Shown: piece by piece, positions 51,204 through 64,000 of the stretch
How positions within the stretch are numbered: position 1 is the first letter of the stretch
How the letters are laid out: each line of letters begins with the position of its first letter
Source: Heptranchias perlo
Taxonomy: Eukaryota
Assembly: GCF_035084215.1 (NCBI RefSeq)
Contig: NC_090356.1
Span: 15,438,001 to 15,502,000 of the forward strand
Direction: 5' to 3'
Length of the DNA stretch: 64,000 nucleotides
Translations under genes and position numbers: made by a program
Notes under the pieces: model-generated
Databases searched by the model: none
Told to the model about the DNA's origin: nothing
What the model saw: the letters and a program-made list of their open reading frames with translations, nothing else

Positions 51204-54182
51204 CATATTGAAGAACTCCTCTCACTCCTAGATCGTTTAATGTACAAGGTAAATAGCACTGGCCACTGCTCCTTCTTCAACCAAACAATATCCCCTGGTA
51301 ACCATCGTTGGCTCTATTGTTTTTAAATTAGCTGTGAGGTCTACTACCTAAACCAGCCAACTCAAGGGGGAACCGGAGAAGATCGCAGGTTTTAAAAGGG
51401 GGATTTCAAACCAGAAAAGAGAACGGAGTGAGCAAAGGATAAGCTGAGGCGCTCGATAATTTTAGGAGGTACGACTGGGAGTTTCATCAACCCCGTGGTA
51501 CCCTGGATACACGGGGCAACTGGAAAAGCTGATATTGGAGGAGTTTTATCTCTATAATTAGGAACTTTAGCAGAGCCTGTAGGTATAATATCATGTAATA
51601 ACTGATAATTACAAATGTCCAAGAGTTCTAAGGCCGTCGACTAACCACTTTTTTACATAAGAAAAGTATGGGGTTAAACATATCCAGGCTCATGAGAAGT
51701 AAATTTAATAGCAGCATGGGTACAAACACAATTCGTTTATACCTAACGCCGGGTGTAAATGTAATGGGTCCACCGTCGAATAAACTACGGGATGAGATGA
51801 CCTCAGAGTTTTGGGATATTTAATTCCCGTGTCTGCATTGAAAAAAAACCTGGTTTGGCTTCTCATACACTCGGTAACTATTTCCTGAGCCTTGATACTT
51901 TCCGTCGCCACAGAGTGTTGAGATGACCAGTTGAGGACTAAGTGGCCACGTGAAGGAATTCCTTTCCTGATTCCAATGCGCTACTGCTGGACCTTCCAGG
52001 CTGGTCCTCAGAGGCTTCACTTTTCCAAACCTCTGTGACAAATGCTACCAGGTCGAATATGCCTTGGATATTTAGTGAGTGTACGTGTGAGAGAGAAACC
52101 ATAAACGAATGCAATAAAAATCTTGTCACTCCAACTCAAGCGTAAATTCAATTGTATAACCGCTGCAATAACATAAATGGAAAATGCCAAGCCACAGGGT
52201 ATCTCGCAGGTTGCTAAGCATTAGGGGGTTAAAGTCCCAGAGGGATACAAAAAAGTCAGAGTTGAGAAAAGGCATTCTCCAACTATAGATAATGGCCATT
52301 AATGTTTGTTTTAAATTAAAATATTGTTTGGGAAAACCAAATCATACACTACCACACATATTATATTGTGACTATATAAACTTTAATAACAATTCACATG
52401 TCAAAAGGTATTTGGTATCATTCTTAAAAGGTGTTTATCCAGCAAAATACAAAATTGATCTGCTGACATAATGGTAGCAAAAATGATCTGTTCTGGCTTT
52501 CTGCTGGAGAATTTTCTTTGCATGGTTAGCAATTGAGTGCAGACTTTCATCCTGCACACAAATGGCATATGCATACTTTGGTTAAAATTGATGTTTGCTA
52601 CAAGACAGCATTGAGGCTAGATGACATGGTTGTGTAAACCACTGCTATATGGCAGGATAGCTTGAGAATAAATGACTATAGGATCACTGGCATGTATTGC
52701 ACTTATATTACAGAACCATTTCTACTTAAAGCACCTCTGTAATAATCTTGGCTGGTAATGCTGTGGAGTCTGCCCTGCAATGTGAGGAATGTTTGTGCAT
52801 GTGCAATTAAAGTCATGAATCATTTTTGGCTGCTGAACCCTGTGACTGGGGAACATCTATTGGGCACCTTATTATTATTATTCACCTGTTAGGCAAAAGC
52901 TGCATTGTTTGCTTGTACAAAACAGGCTGAATGTTCAGTTCACTTGTGGCCTAAAAATGGTAACCATTGCTGCTGAAAGAAGCAACTTGCATTTATATGA
53001 TGCTTTTCACATCTTCAGATGCTCCAAAGTGCTTCTCAGGCAAGGAATAACTTTTAAGGTGTGCTCACTTGTTTTGTAGGAAAACACGGCAGCCACTTTG
53101 CCCACAGGATGGTCCCACAAACAGCAATGAAATAAATGACCAGTTAATCTGTTTGGGTGGTGTTAGGTTGAGGGCTAAATGTGGGCCAGGACACTGAGAG
53201 AACTCCCCAGTTCTTCTTTGAATACTGCCATGGGATCGTTTACATTAAACTGAACAGTTTAATGTCTCATCCAAAAGATGACCTGTGAGATTGCAGTGTT
53301 GTACTGTTGCAGAGAAGTGTTAGCCTAGTTTTGGAACTAGTATCAGCTTGGCTCACCTTCTCTAAGGCTAGAAAGTTGTGGGTTTAAGTCCTATTGCAGA
53401 ACTAGGTTAAGATTACCCAACTCATCGTTGTAAAACCCTTATAGATAACAGACAGAAGAGATTTTCAACCCATAAGTCTGGGCTGGCTTTGAACAAAGGC
53501 TCCTGAAGTAAAATGCAATATACAATTCCAATGTACCAGCATTTTCTTTTTAGTGACCTACCACACAGGTATTATAAAAAGGAAGCTGCAGCTTAAGTTG
53601 TTGAATATCGTTTATACCATGAGTGAAGGAGGTCAGAAACAAGGTATACAGTCCCACAAGTAGAATCAACATCTTAGTCAGTACATGCAGTGCCCTCTCC
53701 TCATAAATCAAATATAAATGAAAATATAATATTTTTTGTGAGGCTAAGATGGATATTTTAGAGATATACAATACTGATGTTAATACTTAAATGTCCTTAG
53801 TACTGAAGGCTGACAGGTTATGACTGCAAGTTATCAAACCTGGGTGCAATGGTAGGTTTACTTAGTGTTTGGGAGTTATCTGTGACTCTGCTGTATCAAC
53901 AGGCAAAACTCAACATTTGGGAAACTAAACTTCGAAGTCTTTTATAATAATACAAGGTTTTGGGAATAAATAGTGTAATTCCATACTTTCTCAAGGTAAT
54001 TTACTTAGTCTCGTCTGGGTGCTGTCTTCAGAGAAGTCTGGTAAAAACACACCAGGGGTGTCACAGGTTGCAGTGCTATAATGCAAATGTGACAGTAATG
54101 TTTTGTGGGAGTCATTAGGACAGAAGTGAGTCAGTCTACCCATACTGATGAACAATATCATTGTTTCACAGTGTACACAGTG

Positions 54183-55155
54183 TCCTAGGCCCAACCATCT
54201 TCAGCTGCTTCATCAATGACCTTCCCTCCATCATAAGGTCAGAAATGGGGATGCTCGCTGATGATTGCAGTGTTCAGTTCCATTCACAACCCCTCAGATA
54301 ATGAAGCAGTCCGTGCCTGCATGCAGCAAAACCTGGACAACATCCAGGCTTGGGCTGATAAGTGGCAAGTAACATTCATGCCAGACAAGTGCCAGGCAAT
54401 GACCATCTCCAACAAGAGGGAGTCTAACCACCTCCCCTTTACATTCAATGGCATTACCATCGCCAAATCCCCCACCATCAACATCCTGGGGGTCACCATT
54501 GACCAGAAACTTAACTGGACCAGCCATATAAATACTGTGGCTACAAGAACAGGTCAGAGGCTGGATATTCTGCGGCGAGTGACTCACCTCCTGACTCCCC
54601 AAAGCCTTTCCACCATCTACAAGGCACAAGTCAGGAGTGTGATGGAATATTCTCCACTTGCCTGGATGAGTGCAGCTCTAACAACACTCAAGAAGCTCGA
54701 CACAATCCAGGACAAAGCAGCCTGCTTGATTGGCACCCCATCCACCACCCTAAACATTCACTCCCTCCACCACTGGCGCACTGTGGCTGCAGTGTGTACC
54801 ATCCACAGGATGCACTGCAGCAACTCGCCAAGGCTTCTTCGACAGCACCTCCCAAACCCGTGACCTCTACCACCCAGAAGGACAAGAGCAGCAGGCACAT
54901 GGGAACAACACCACCTGCACGTTCCCCTCCAAGTCACACACCATCCCGACGTGGAAATATATCGCCGTTCCTTCATCGTCGCTGGGTCAAAATCCTGGAA
55001 CTCCCTTCCTAACAGCACTGTGGGAGAACCTTCACCACACGGACTGCAGCGGTTCAAGCAGGTGGCTCACCACCACCTTCTCAAGGGCAATTAGGGATGG
55101 GCAATAAATGCTGGCGTCGCCAGTGACGCCCACATCCCATGAACGAATAAAAAAA
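54183..55155 (+). mobile_element. Second copy of the same LINE family, ending in an A-rich tail
   Basis: High identity to the reverse complement of 9064-10025; RT C-terminal ORF at 54261-54863. Confidence 0.92.
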
Positions 55156-56569
55156 ACACCAACAGCACGTTCTCAACAAGAAGCATTTAGGTCACAGTGG
55201 CATTAAAATTCATTGTTTATTCTGGCCCAAGAACATAGATGAATATCACAAAGCATGTAACTCGGAACTCCCTGGAACTGCAGATGAACCACAACCTTCT
55301 CCCGAAAATCAGTCCCAGAATATCAGAACATAAACAAATCCCATTGATGCTTAGTAATGACTTGGTTAACAATTAGAAAATATGTACCAGATGTGCACAT
55401 TCATTTTTAATAAAACAGTAGTTGCCAATTAATTCCACAAGGGGTCACTTTTTAATCAAGAAATCTGTGTGAAAGGTCAAGTGCCAGACATGCAGATTTT
55501 AGCAGGAAACAAGGACTGGGGAATGCAAGGAGCTCTTCAGTTTGAGGTGTTAGAAAAGGATGAGTTAGATCAGGAGTTGATGCGATGAGTGAGAACAGAG
55601 AAAGTGGGAAGAGGATGTAGGATGGGTTATTTGGAGATGGGATGTAGGATGGGTTAGGAGAAACATGAGGTGGAAGTTCAGAGGAACAATGGACATGGTC
55701 GTATAAAGCAGAGAGAGTGAGACAGGAGAGGTTAGAAGGTTGAGGTGAGAGAAATATCGCCTATCAGATGACGAGCTTTTTCCTTTATCCTGTCCAGACA
55801 TAACTGCATCAGTTAAGTTCAGGTTTATTGTAATAGATGCCTGGTTCGTTGATAGGTAATGTTAACGCAAATTTCACCAATACTGTGCATTCAAATGAGC
55901 ATTTTCAGCATCTAAAACTTGGACTAATTTTAAACATAAAGACTAAATGTGCTTTTGCATATAGGAACAAGGTGGCTGCAAAACAAGTCTTGTAATGGGC
56001 TTTACACTATATGTGTGGGTTGTTGCTGGTGTTGTTTCGTGTCAGCAATACTTGTGTCAGTGTTGTGAAGAGCCCAATTGCACCACACAATGATCACTAG
56101 CACACCCTCTACACACCAGCTGCTGGCATTGATAGTGCTTTAATTTAAGAAAATCTTAATGTACATTTCCCCATGTTTAAGTATGCGAAAATGTGTTATA
56201 CCAGATGGGAAATTATTCACTGAGATAAACTAACCTTTGAGGTCAGCCTGTAAAGACCCATAATGTTTGATGTTATTGATTGTTTCTATCATCATGTCCA
56301 GTTTATTCCCATTCACTGGAACCACCATCTCTTTAGGTGGCAATATCACTATTGTTGTCAGTTTTTTTCTTAATAAGGCAATGATGAACTAGTTATGTAC
56401 TACAAGTGATAGAAGGTACTTACTGGGGCCAATAATTTGATGGCTGGTGTTTATTGTGCATCAGCTCCCTGTATAACTGGAGGGAAGACCTAAGGCCTAC
56501 TCAATGCTTGATGTGCATAGCACACCACCAGAGAGAGAATGTCCAGTTGTATTAAAAACAGATACAACT

Positions 56570-56885
56570 GGACATTCTCTCTCTCTCTCTCTGCCTTACG
56601 GGTCTCTTTCTCTCTCTGGCTTTGTAATCTGACCCATTGTGTATTCAGAACTGTTTTCCGTGGCTAACCTGTCTGAACACCAACGACACCTTTGATTGGT
56701 GTGAGCGTGTCCCAGCCTAATATAAGATATGCGATTTGAGAACCTTTCACTCACTCACTCACCTGACGAAGGAGATAATCTCCGAAAGCTTGTGATTTTA
56801 AAATAAAATTGTTGGACTATAACCTGGTGTTGTAAGATTCCTTACATTTGTCCACCCCAGTCCATCACCGGCATCTCCACATCAC
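56570..56885 (+). mobile_element. Penelope-like 3' fragment with hammerhead motif
   Basis: Same terminal sequence as the other copies; short inverted repeat at its 5' junction (about 56529-56590). Confidence 0.65.
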
Positions 56886-59800
56886 ACCTCCACCTTGGGC
56901 ATCACACCATCCCTTTCTTGCAGTGTTTATTTATGTCTATCGTCTCAGGCACTCCAGTCTGGCGTGAAGGCAAGTTAAAAACTTCCTAGTTTGCTCACTG
57001 AGTAGCCTTGGAATGTTTTAAACTTAAATTTTACTGTTAGAAGGAAGCCTTTGCTCCCCCCACTCTCCCTCAAAATTAAAATGCAATTGGCGGAGTGCAA
57101 GAGGCAGCCGCCAATATATCCGGTCTGTTGGCTGCACATCACACTATAACATTTTCAATCTGAGATCAGTACCTATAGTGTAATGGAATTTTTAAACCTT
57201 GTATTTACATATATACAGATTCTAATTAGCTAGCTAACAGTATTTTGGTCAATTTATGCACTGCCATCTGTCAGTGATTAGAGTGAAGCTCTGTCTTGTC
57301 TCCATTACAGTCACAATTACCTCGTTATTAAATATCTATTATTCTAAATGGCAGAGCTGGACACCTTTCTTCCATCTGTCCTTTTCAAACTATGTTTTTC
57401 AAGGTTCACTACAGGCACTAGATTGTGTCATTCTGGCACGTTGGGGACGATTTTCTGAGTGTGCATGGTGTGCGATTTTTCATCTATTGAAATCGTCAGG
57501 CCTTGTTACCTCCACTGAGCTGGATGTTGTTCACACCCTCAAATGGTAGAACACAGGAGCTCTTTAATATCTGGAATACACTGGATTTAAATAAGACAGG
57601 TTTCCGTACCTGATCTATTTTTAATGAACCCCGCTGGAAAGTGTGTATGTGGATGTCGGTTGGGGACAGGACCGATGGTGGTCAAATACCGTATCAACAC
57701 ATGAGCTGTTTAGGGTCACATGTAAGGAACGCTTACTTGGCTGAGGCACAGCGGTTACCTGGTGCTTGTGAAACCAGACACCAGTTTGAGTCAGTGCCTT
57801 CAACCCTTCACTCACTCACCTGACGAAGGAGGTAAGCTCCGAAAGCTTGTGATTTTCAAATAAAACTGTTGGACTATAACCTGGTGTTGTAAGATTGCTT
57901 ACATTTCTCCACTTCAAGAAAGAAGGGAAGAAAATTGAAAATAACAAAAAAACACACACAAAAAAATAAGGCTTTCCTGAATGCCTGGGATTTATATTCA
58001 AAATCAATACTTGCGAATTAATTGAACAAAATGAAAAAAACAACAGCTTTAATCAAAGAATTATTCTATTCATACATCCAGTGTTGCAAGTTTAATTAAA
58101 CTACAGTCGTACAAACAGATACAAACAAAGGACGAGCAGAAAAAGTGTTACATTTGGTGTCACCATTAGCATACAAACTGTTATAAATTTAGATGAAAAA
58201 AAATTTTGATTAAGGGCAAAACGAGTCCGAAAAACTGTCTTTGTGATATCAGGCACGGAATGATATGCCTGTATATATTACATACTGATGGATGTTTACT
58301 TTGATGTATTTGTTTAAACCAGTGTTTATTAGCCTTTTGTCAAGGGCGACAATCCTAACCAATGTCTGGCTTGAGGGTTATTCTCAGCGGTTGAGTGATG
58401 GGATGTGAGTCTGCGTCCCCATTTTCCCACACAAATGCTTCCTGATTTCAATCAAGCCAATTGGAATTCTGGCACTTGCCCACACAAATAAAAAAAACAT
58501 GTGGGACTATTTAATAATTCAATGACATCTCAATTTTAACAAGGCCTTTTCGTTTGTTTGTATGGAAGCTGGGATAGCCTTTGTCTTTGAATAGGATTTT
58601 CTTGCTTCCTTTTGCTGGACTGCTAGAGAAGTGGAGGAAACAGTACTCAGTCAAAATCCCACAGCTGTCAGTCCGTGAATAGTGACTGAGAGGTACGTGG
58701 AACAGTTGGCTAGGCAAAGAGACAAATGTCTCCCAGTTAGTACCACTGGTTTAAACTGTATTAGTTAGAATCACATATATAAGGGGAGATTCCCCCATCC
58801 AGCACTCCCAAGGAGCACATCTTGGGAAAGAGCAGATGTGCAACCTGTGATTGTACATCCATTAAAATGAATGATGTGATCTCATGGGCTGTGTTCCCAT
58901 ACTTCTCCAAAATGCACTCCTTGTGATTGGCACTCCCGACTGGGATAGCCGATCGCTGAATTATCCCAATAGTTTTGTACAACATAAAACTTTTGGCTTC
59001 AACAAACTTTCACTTTTAGAAATTCAAAACAATATACATCAATATCAAACCATAAGTACTAGGTTATATCGGAGTTAATGCATTCAAAACTTATGGTTAT
59101 TGGCAGGTTATACAATATTATGTATGTTAAGAGTGTGGCCTACAGGTTAGAAGTTAGATATCAGCTAGTAGTCAAATGTTTTTGATCCGTTTATTCTCTG
59201 GATTTTAAGGGGATCTTGTATGTAATTTTTGAAAAAAAAATTGCCATGTTTTTCTTGTGAGGCACAAAATATGGTGTCTCTGCTCTCCCATCTTCGCCCT
59301 CCTCTCCTATCTTCATATTCCATACCATTCGTTTTTGCATTCTTATATTATCTTGTGTTATTTGCACCACCTACATCATGATTCCAACAGCACACCATCT
59401 TTTTCTCTCCATCTGCTGTACCCTCATTCACCACATACTATTCTTCAGATATCAGATATTGTTGCTGTGGCCTCCGAACACTGTTTCCATCTGAGGCAGT
59501 GATTTATATGTACCATCTCCAATCTAGTGTGCTATATAGTGTTAATTTCGTGATCCCTCACTCCCAGTGGAGCATCACATTCACAGGCAGTGCAGGTCAA
59601 AGATTCATGGCATGATGTAGCCTTGTCCACTATAAGCAGACACTGGGTTGCCCCAGTGTCATCAAACGAAAAAACCTAACAAAAGTGCCCCCTTTTTAGA
59701 GGGGCACAACCAACAGAAAACTAAACAGTAAAACTAAGGAAACTTATAAAGTGAAATAATAATATTGTCACCCATGTCCACCAGTCCCTGTGGTGCCCAC

Positions 59801-62054
59801 CAGTCACAGAAGATCTCAAGCATACCAGCAGCCACTGCATGCTCCTTCTCCAAGGCCATCCAGGCACAGACAAGGCCACAGAAGAGAGAAGGTAAGGGTC
59901 CTGCATTAGCCAGGAACCAAACCCGAGCCGCCTAGGCAGCAGGCAAGAATTCTACCCCTGAACCGCCAAGTCTTACAGAATTAACCTTTATAACCTTTTT
60001 TGCTAGCTCTGATGAAGGATCCCGTCTCAAACATTAATCGTTGTTTTTCTTTCTGCTGCTGATCAACCTGTTCTGCATTTCCAGCACTTTCTGGTTTTAT
60101 TTCAGATTTTCAGAATTCATGGTGTTTTATATTATCTACTGTTTCCATACTTAGTTCTAAATTACCAGTTGATCACCCGTGATATTGTTCAGAGACAAAA
60201 ATATGTCTCTCTTCTTGTCTCTGCTTGTCTGCTCCCACTGTCTCTTTTTATTTGTATTCCATTCTTTCTGTCTCCCTACATGTGTATCACACTCTCTCTT
60301 GTTATCTGTTTCTATTGTATGCTTCCTCTCTGTATGCCTCTGGCATTTTGAGGTTGAAATTCCTCTCTGTGCTATTTTTTTTAAGAGTACTGGTTAATGT
60401 GTTTGTTTCAAATTCCTGTGCTTCATTTTAACGATAAAATAAGAAGTTGATGCAAATGAGCACTGAGGAATTTCAACTTCTTTCCGTCTTTCTTTCTGTG
60501 GAGGGAATTCTAACTTGTCCCTCAGGGCGGAAGTTAGGCAGTAGCTTCAATGGGAAAGAAAATTGGACTTGGAGTAAAGCGGGCGGCAAATCTGCCACTG
60601 CCTATTTTCCACCCTGCGGGGCAAGTTCACACTCCCCCCTGTATGTGTGGCATTTTATGTGTTTCCCACATTCTGTTACTGCCCTTCTGTAGGTCCTGTA
60701 TTCTATCATTTTCCTTTCACCTATCACAGAGACCTACAGGTAGACTCAGGGTTCCAAACCTGTGATAACCTCCGAAATGATATCGTCTCTTATTGGTAAT
60801 TGGGACTGGAGTATGTACCGTCTTGTGAGAGAAGTAGAGGTTGGGAGAGAGGGGAATAGGCCCTGGAGATGCTGCTCTGGTTGAGTTATTGTTACTAATA
60901 ATATCAAAATATTGTCTATTTTTAATTAATCATTTTGATTATTGAGGTGCAATTTTGGCTGTATGTTATATATTGTTGTGATGGCACTTTGTTTTCGTAA
61001 TTATCATACATATTATGGTAGGATGTAGTTTTATCTGTATGTATTATTGCTACTATGACTGCATTAATAATTATTATTGCTGTTTGTTGGGGGAGCAGTG
61101 ATTGGGTTTAAGCAAGCCTGCATGAGTCTAGCGGGGAGGAAGCTGTGAGGAGGCTGAAGTTGAGACTGTGGTTGGGAGGCAGACAGATTTGAACTATAAG
61201 TGGAAGTGAACAGTGAAGTCCAGAAGTTGGTGACAATAGAATCAGAAGGCAAGGAGGACTGGAGGGTCAGCCATGGGTCAACAGAGGTCGATCCAGGGGT
61301 CCAGCGGAGGCGTATAGTGAACACTAGCAAATCCTGTATGCCAGCAGATGAGTGAGGAGCAGTGGGAGTGAAACCCAAGGACCAAGGGGAGTGAAGTCCA
61401 GGGAGTCAGGGGAGAGTGAACGGTAAATCCATGAGATCGGTGCAGGGAGCTGGCCTGAGGAACATCTGTAGGGACTTGAGGAGCGCGCATAGTCGGGAGC
61501 AGCAGCAGGAGCTTGAGGAGCCTGTCCAACCCAGTCCAGTGAAAGGTGATGGAGGAGTTCTGAAGGATGTGGAATCAGCGGCTACAGGAAGCAAGCAGAA
61601 AGCCGCAAAGCAACCATTCAGCAGCAAGGGAACTAGATCATGATGTGCATGATTGGATCATGTCAAAAATACTGCCCAGTTCCTTCCCCAATAAAAGAAA
61701 GATTTGCCAGTCAGTCTTTCATGAAGAAATTCTCTCTGACACAAACAAGTTGACCTTTCTGTAAATTCCTATGCAGGGAATTCCTCTTATTAATGATTAA
61801 CTCCACTGGCATCAATTCTACTCAGCATAATGTTTGTATATAATTGGAGGTAAATTGATGGTTGTATATTCAATTAAAAAAAGTATTTGAAAAACAGTTG
61901 AATAATTGATAGTTGTATTAATTGGCCCCAAAACAATAGGCAATTGAAGTATTATTTAACTTTTGTTTTTAGAACTAACATAAGCAAAAGACTAACTGGA
62001 TGGCAACTAAAGTACTTTTGTAAGTAACCAGGAATGGTAATTGGCAGGCTGTTC

Positions 62055-62204
62055 TCAAAATTTCTTTATTTTATTTTTAATCCACTTTATATACTTGGCT
62101 ACTCTTGTGTAAACGCCTGGGTACTTGTGATGCGCACAACTGATTCCCCAGGACACAATTCCTTGAATGACTCCACCACAAACCAGTGGTCCTCCAGAAT
62201 CACC
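62055..62204 (-). CDS. Trypsin-like serine protease, last exon
   Basis: ttgcag| [49 protein letters not shown]; catalytic Ser motif; upstream exons lie beyond the window. Confidence 0.95.
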   Translation of the reverse strand, partial: GDSGGPLVCGGVIQGIVSWGISCAHHKYPGVYTRVAKYIKWIKNKIKKF

Positions 62205-63278
62205 CTGCAAGGAAAAATGGAAGGAAATCAGAATCAGAGTGAGAAGGTAGCAAAACTTTTAAGTAGATGTTAGTCACTTTCCTGTGGCATTTCAATCAGG
62301 GAGTCAAGACCAAGTGTAGTCTTCAAATGAAGTGGAATTGGTGGGCAGATAAATTAACCAGGGTATGCAGATGTAATTCACTCAGTATTTTAAAGACATA
62401 CACTCTGTCCTTATTTTTATATTTCCATTATAAATTCCAGTGTCTACATTTGGAATGGAATGTAAACTGGGCATGCTGTAATTACACCTTCCTGCTGCAG
62501 GAAAGAACTCAAAATAAATCAATTTAGTCTTCTAGATATTTGGCAATTAATCCATCTATTAATATTAAAAATCTTACATCTGCGCACACTCCCACAGCAC
62601 AGTATAAGCATAATGGATTTTCCATTTAGTATTATTTAAAAAGATTGCCAATTTTCTTCCTTCTTCTTCCAAAGATGCCAACTCTTGTTGCGTGGTGCTT
62701 CTACAGATACAGCAGCTGTCTGACACATCGGCCCAGTGGCCATTCCTTCAAGTAAATGCTTACTCAGTGAGTGTTGGCAGGCTACTGAACCATAGGATGC
62801 CATCAAAACTGAGTCTGATTCTGTCCTCATCCAATGTCCACACATGCACATTTTCCAGGAGGGGTCACCAAATAGCAATCAGGTGGATCATTTTTCCACT
62901 TCCTAGCACAGGGGTGCTGAGGTTAATTGTAACATTCCCTGGCTAAACACCTTAACTCAGCACAGACCATGACTGAAACCTGAGAAATTCCAGGTCTGTA
63001 AAGTTTGTTGGACAATGGGCCAACAAGGAGCAGCATGCTTTTCTGACTAAGAATTTGCAGCGTGCATCCAAATTCCAGCTCTGTTTTGGTCTCTTTTAAT
63101 GTGTTTGAAACCCAGGAGTAAGCTGAATATTACACAAATACATGTGACAACTCCTTGGATCAGAGTGAAGTACTGCACCACAATGTGAAACATTCTACAA
63201 ACAGTTCTAATTAGTATATCACATTGTGAAAAGTGACGATAATTAGGTCATATTTATAGAGACACAAATATTGCATAC

Positions 63279-63545
63279 CTGACAAGAGTCCTTGCCTCCT
63301 CTTCTGTATCCTGCACAAATCATGGAGGGTTGTACTTTTCCACCATATGAAGAAGGTTTATTGCACTTATAGCGTGATATAATTGGAACCTCAACAGCCA
63401 TAAGCACATCAGATAGGCTATAACTGTAAACAGCGGTGACTCCCCAGCCAGATACTGTGCATAAGGTATTTTCAGGCACAATTTTCTTAGTAGCTGGAAT
63501 TGCTACAGGGTTGATATATGCGTTCTGTATTGCCCGTTTTTTAAT
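63279..63545 (-). CDS. Trypsin-like (S1A) serine protease, penultimate exon
   Basis: cag| IKKRAIQNAYINPVAIP..CTVSGWG..VPII..C..MICAGYRRGGKDSCQ |gtatgc; 267 nt, phase 0/0; Asp189 equivalent present. Confidence 0.92.
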
Positions 63546-63669
63546 CTGATAGAAAAAAAAAGCTATGTTTGACACATGTACAGTAGATTTACTAAACAGA
63601 TTTACTAAAGTTTTGGTCTTTAATATCAAATGAAGTTCACGTTGAAAAGTTATTTTTTGGAAATATAAA

Positions 63670-63776
63670 GAATAGTAACCCATTTATACACATCTCCATA
63701 TATGAGGAATAGTAACCCATTTCAGACATACCTCCATATGTAAGGAATTGTAATCCATTTCAGACACATCTCTATC
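63670..63776. repeat. Three-copy ~37-bp tandem repeat in a protease intron
   Basis: GAATAGTAACCCATTT(C/T)A(G/T)ACACAT..CTCCATAT repeated. Confidence 0.8.
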
Positions 63777-64000
63777 ATGTTCCTTGATAATACTCAATCA
63801 ATACATTTTTCAGTTCAGTAGTGAAAAAGGCACATCTGCCTCTTACAATGATTTCCCCTCACACTATGTTAGAATATTTTAATTGCTTACTACGAAAGCC
63901 CATGCGGCTGCATAGTTCCCTTTACATCCCATCCTTCATCTAGAAGTATTTCTTCACCCACATCTCACATGCATTCACCCCACAAAAATATCATGGAATA

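Noticed and set aside
51200-62050. Additional V segments upstream of the single V
   Set aside because: No V-like ORF or YYC/YFC plus RSS found by eye; highly decayed pseudo-V segments cannot be excluded without tBLASTn.

Overview
AT-rich vertebrate genomic DNA. The repeat content (CR1/L2-type LINEs, Deu-type tRNA SINEs, Penelope-like fragments) suggests a cartilaginous fish, which is an inference. Gene order: PPIH exon 1 (-) head-to-head with a complete 5-exon TAF10 (+), a decayed histone H2B copy, a compact rearranging antigen-receptor gene on the - strand (35.2-51.1 kb), and the last two exons of a trypsin-like serine protease (-). The antigen-receptor gene is the main finding. It has one leader, one V with a 22-bp-spacer RSS, one RSS-flanked D, one functional J, one pseudo-J, a C1 Ig exon, a Cys-bearing connecting-peptide exon and a transmembrane exon, and all splice phases join in frame. 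Its parts are a mosaic that fits no canonical TCR chain: a V-beta-like V, a full C-beta/IgL-like C1 domain, an alpha/delta-type J (KLIFG) and an alpha/delta-type TM (R..K..FN), possibly with an IgH-like 23-12D12-23 RSS layout. The J-C intron holds an AGCT-rich 1.2-kb tandem array and three octamer motifs. It is a candidate extra, single-V TCR chain outside the canonical loci. Five Penelope-like fragments carry minimal hammerhead-ribozyme cores with compensatory changes in stem II.
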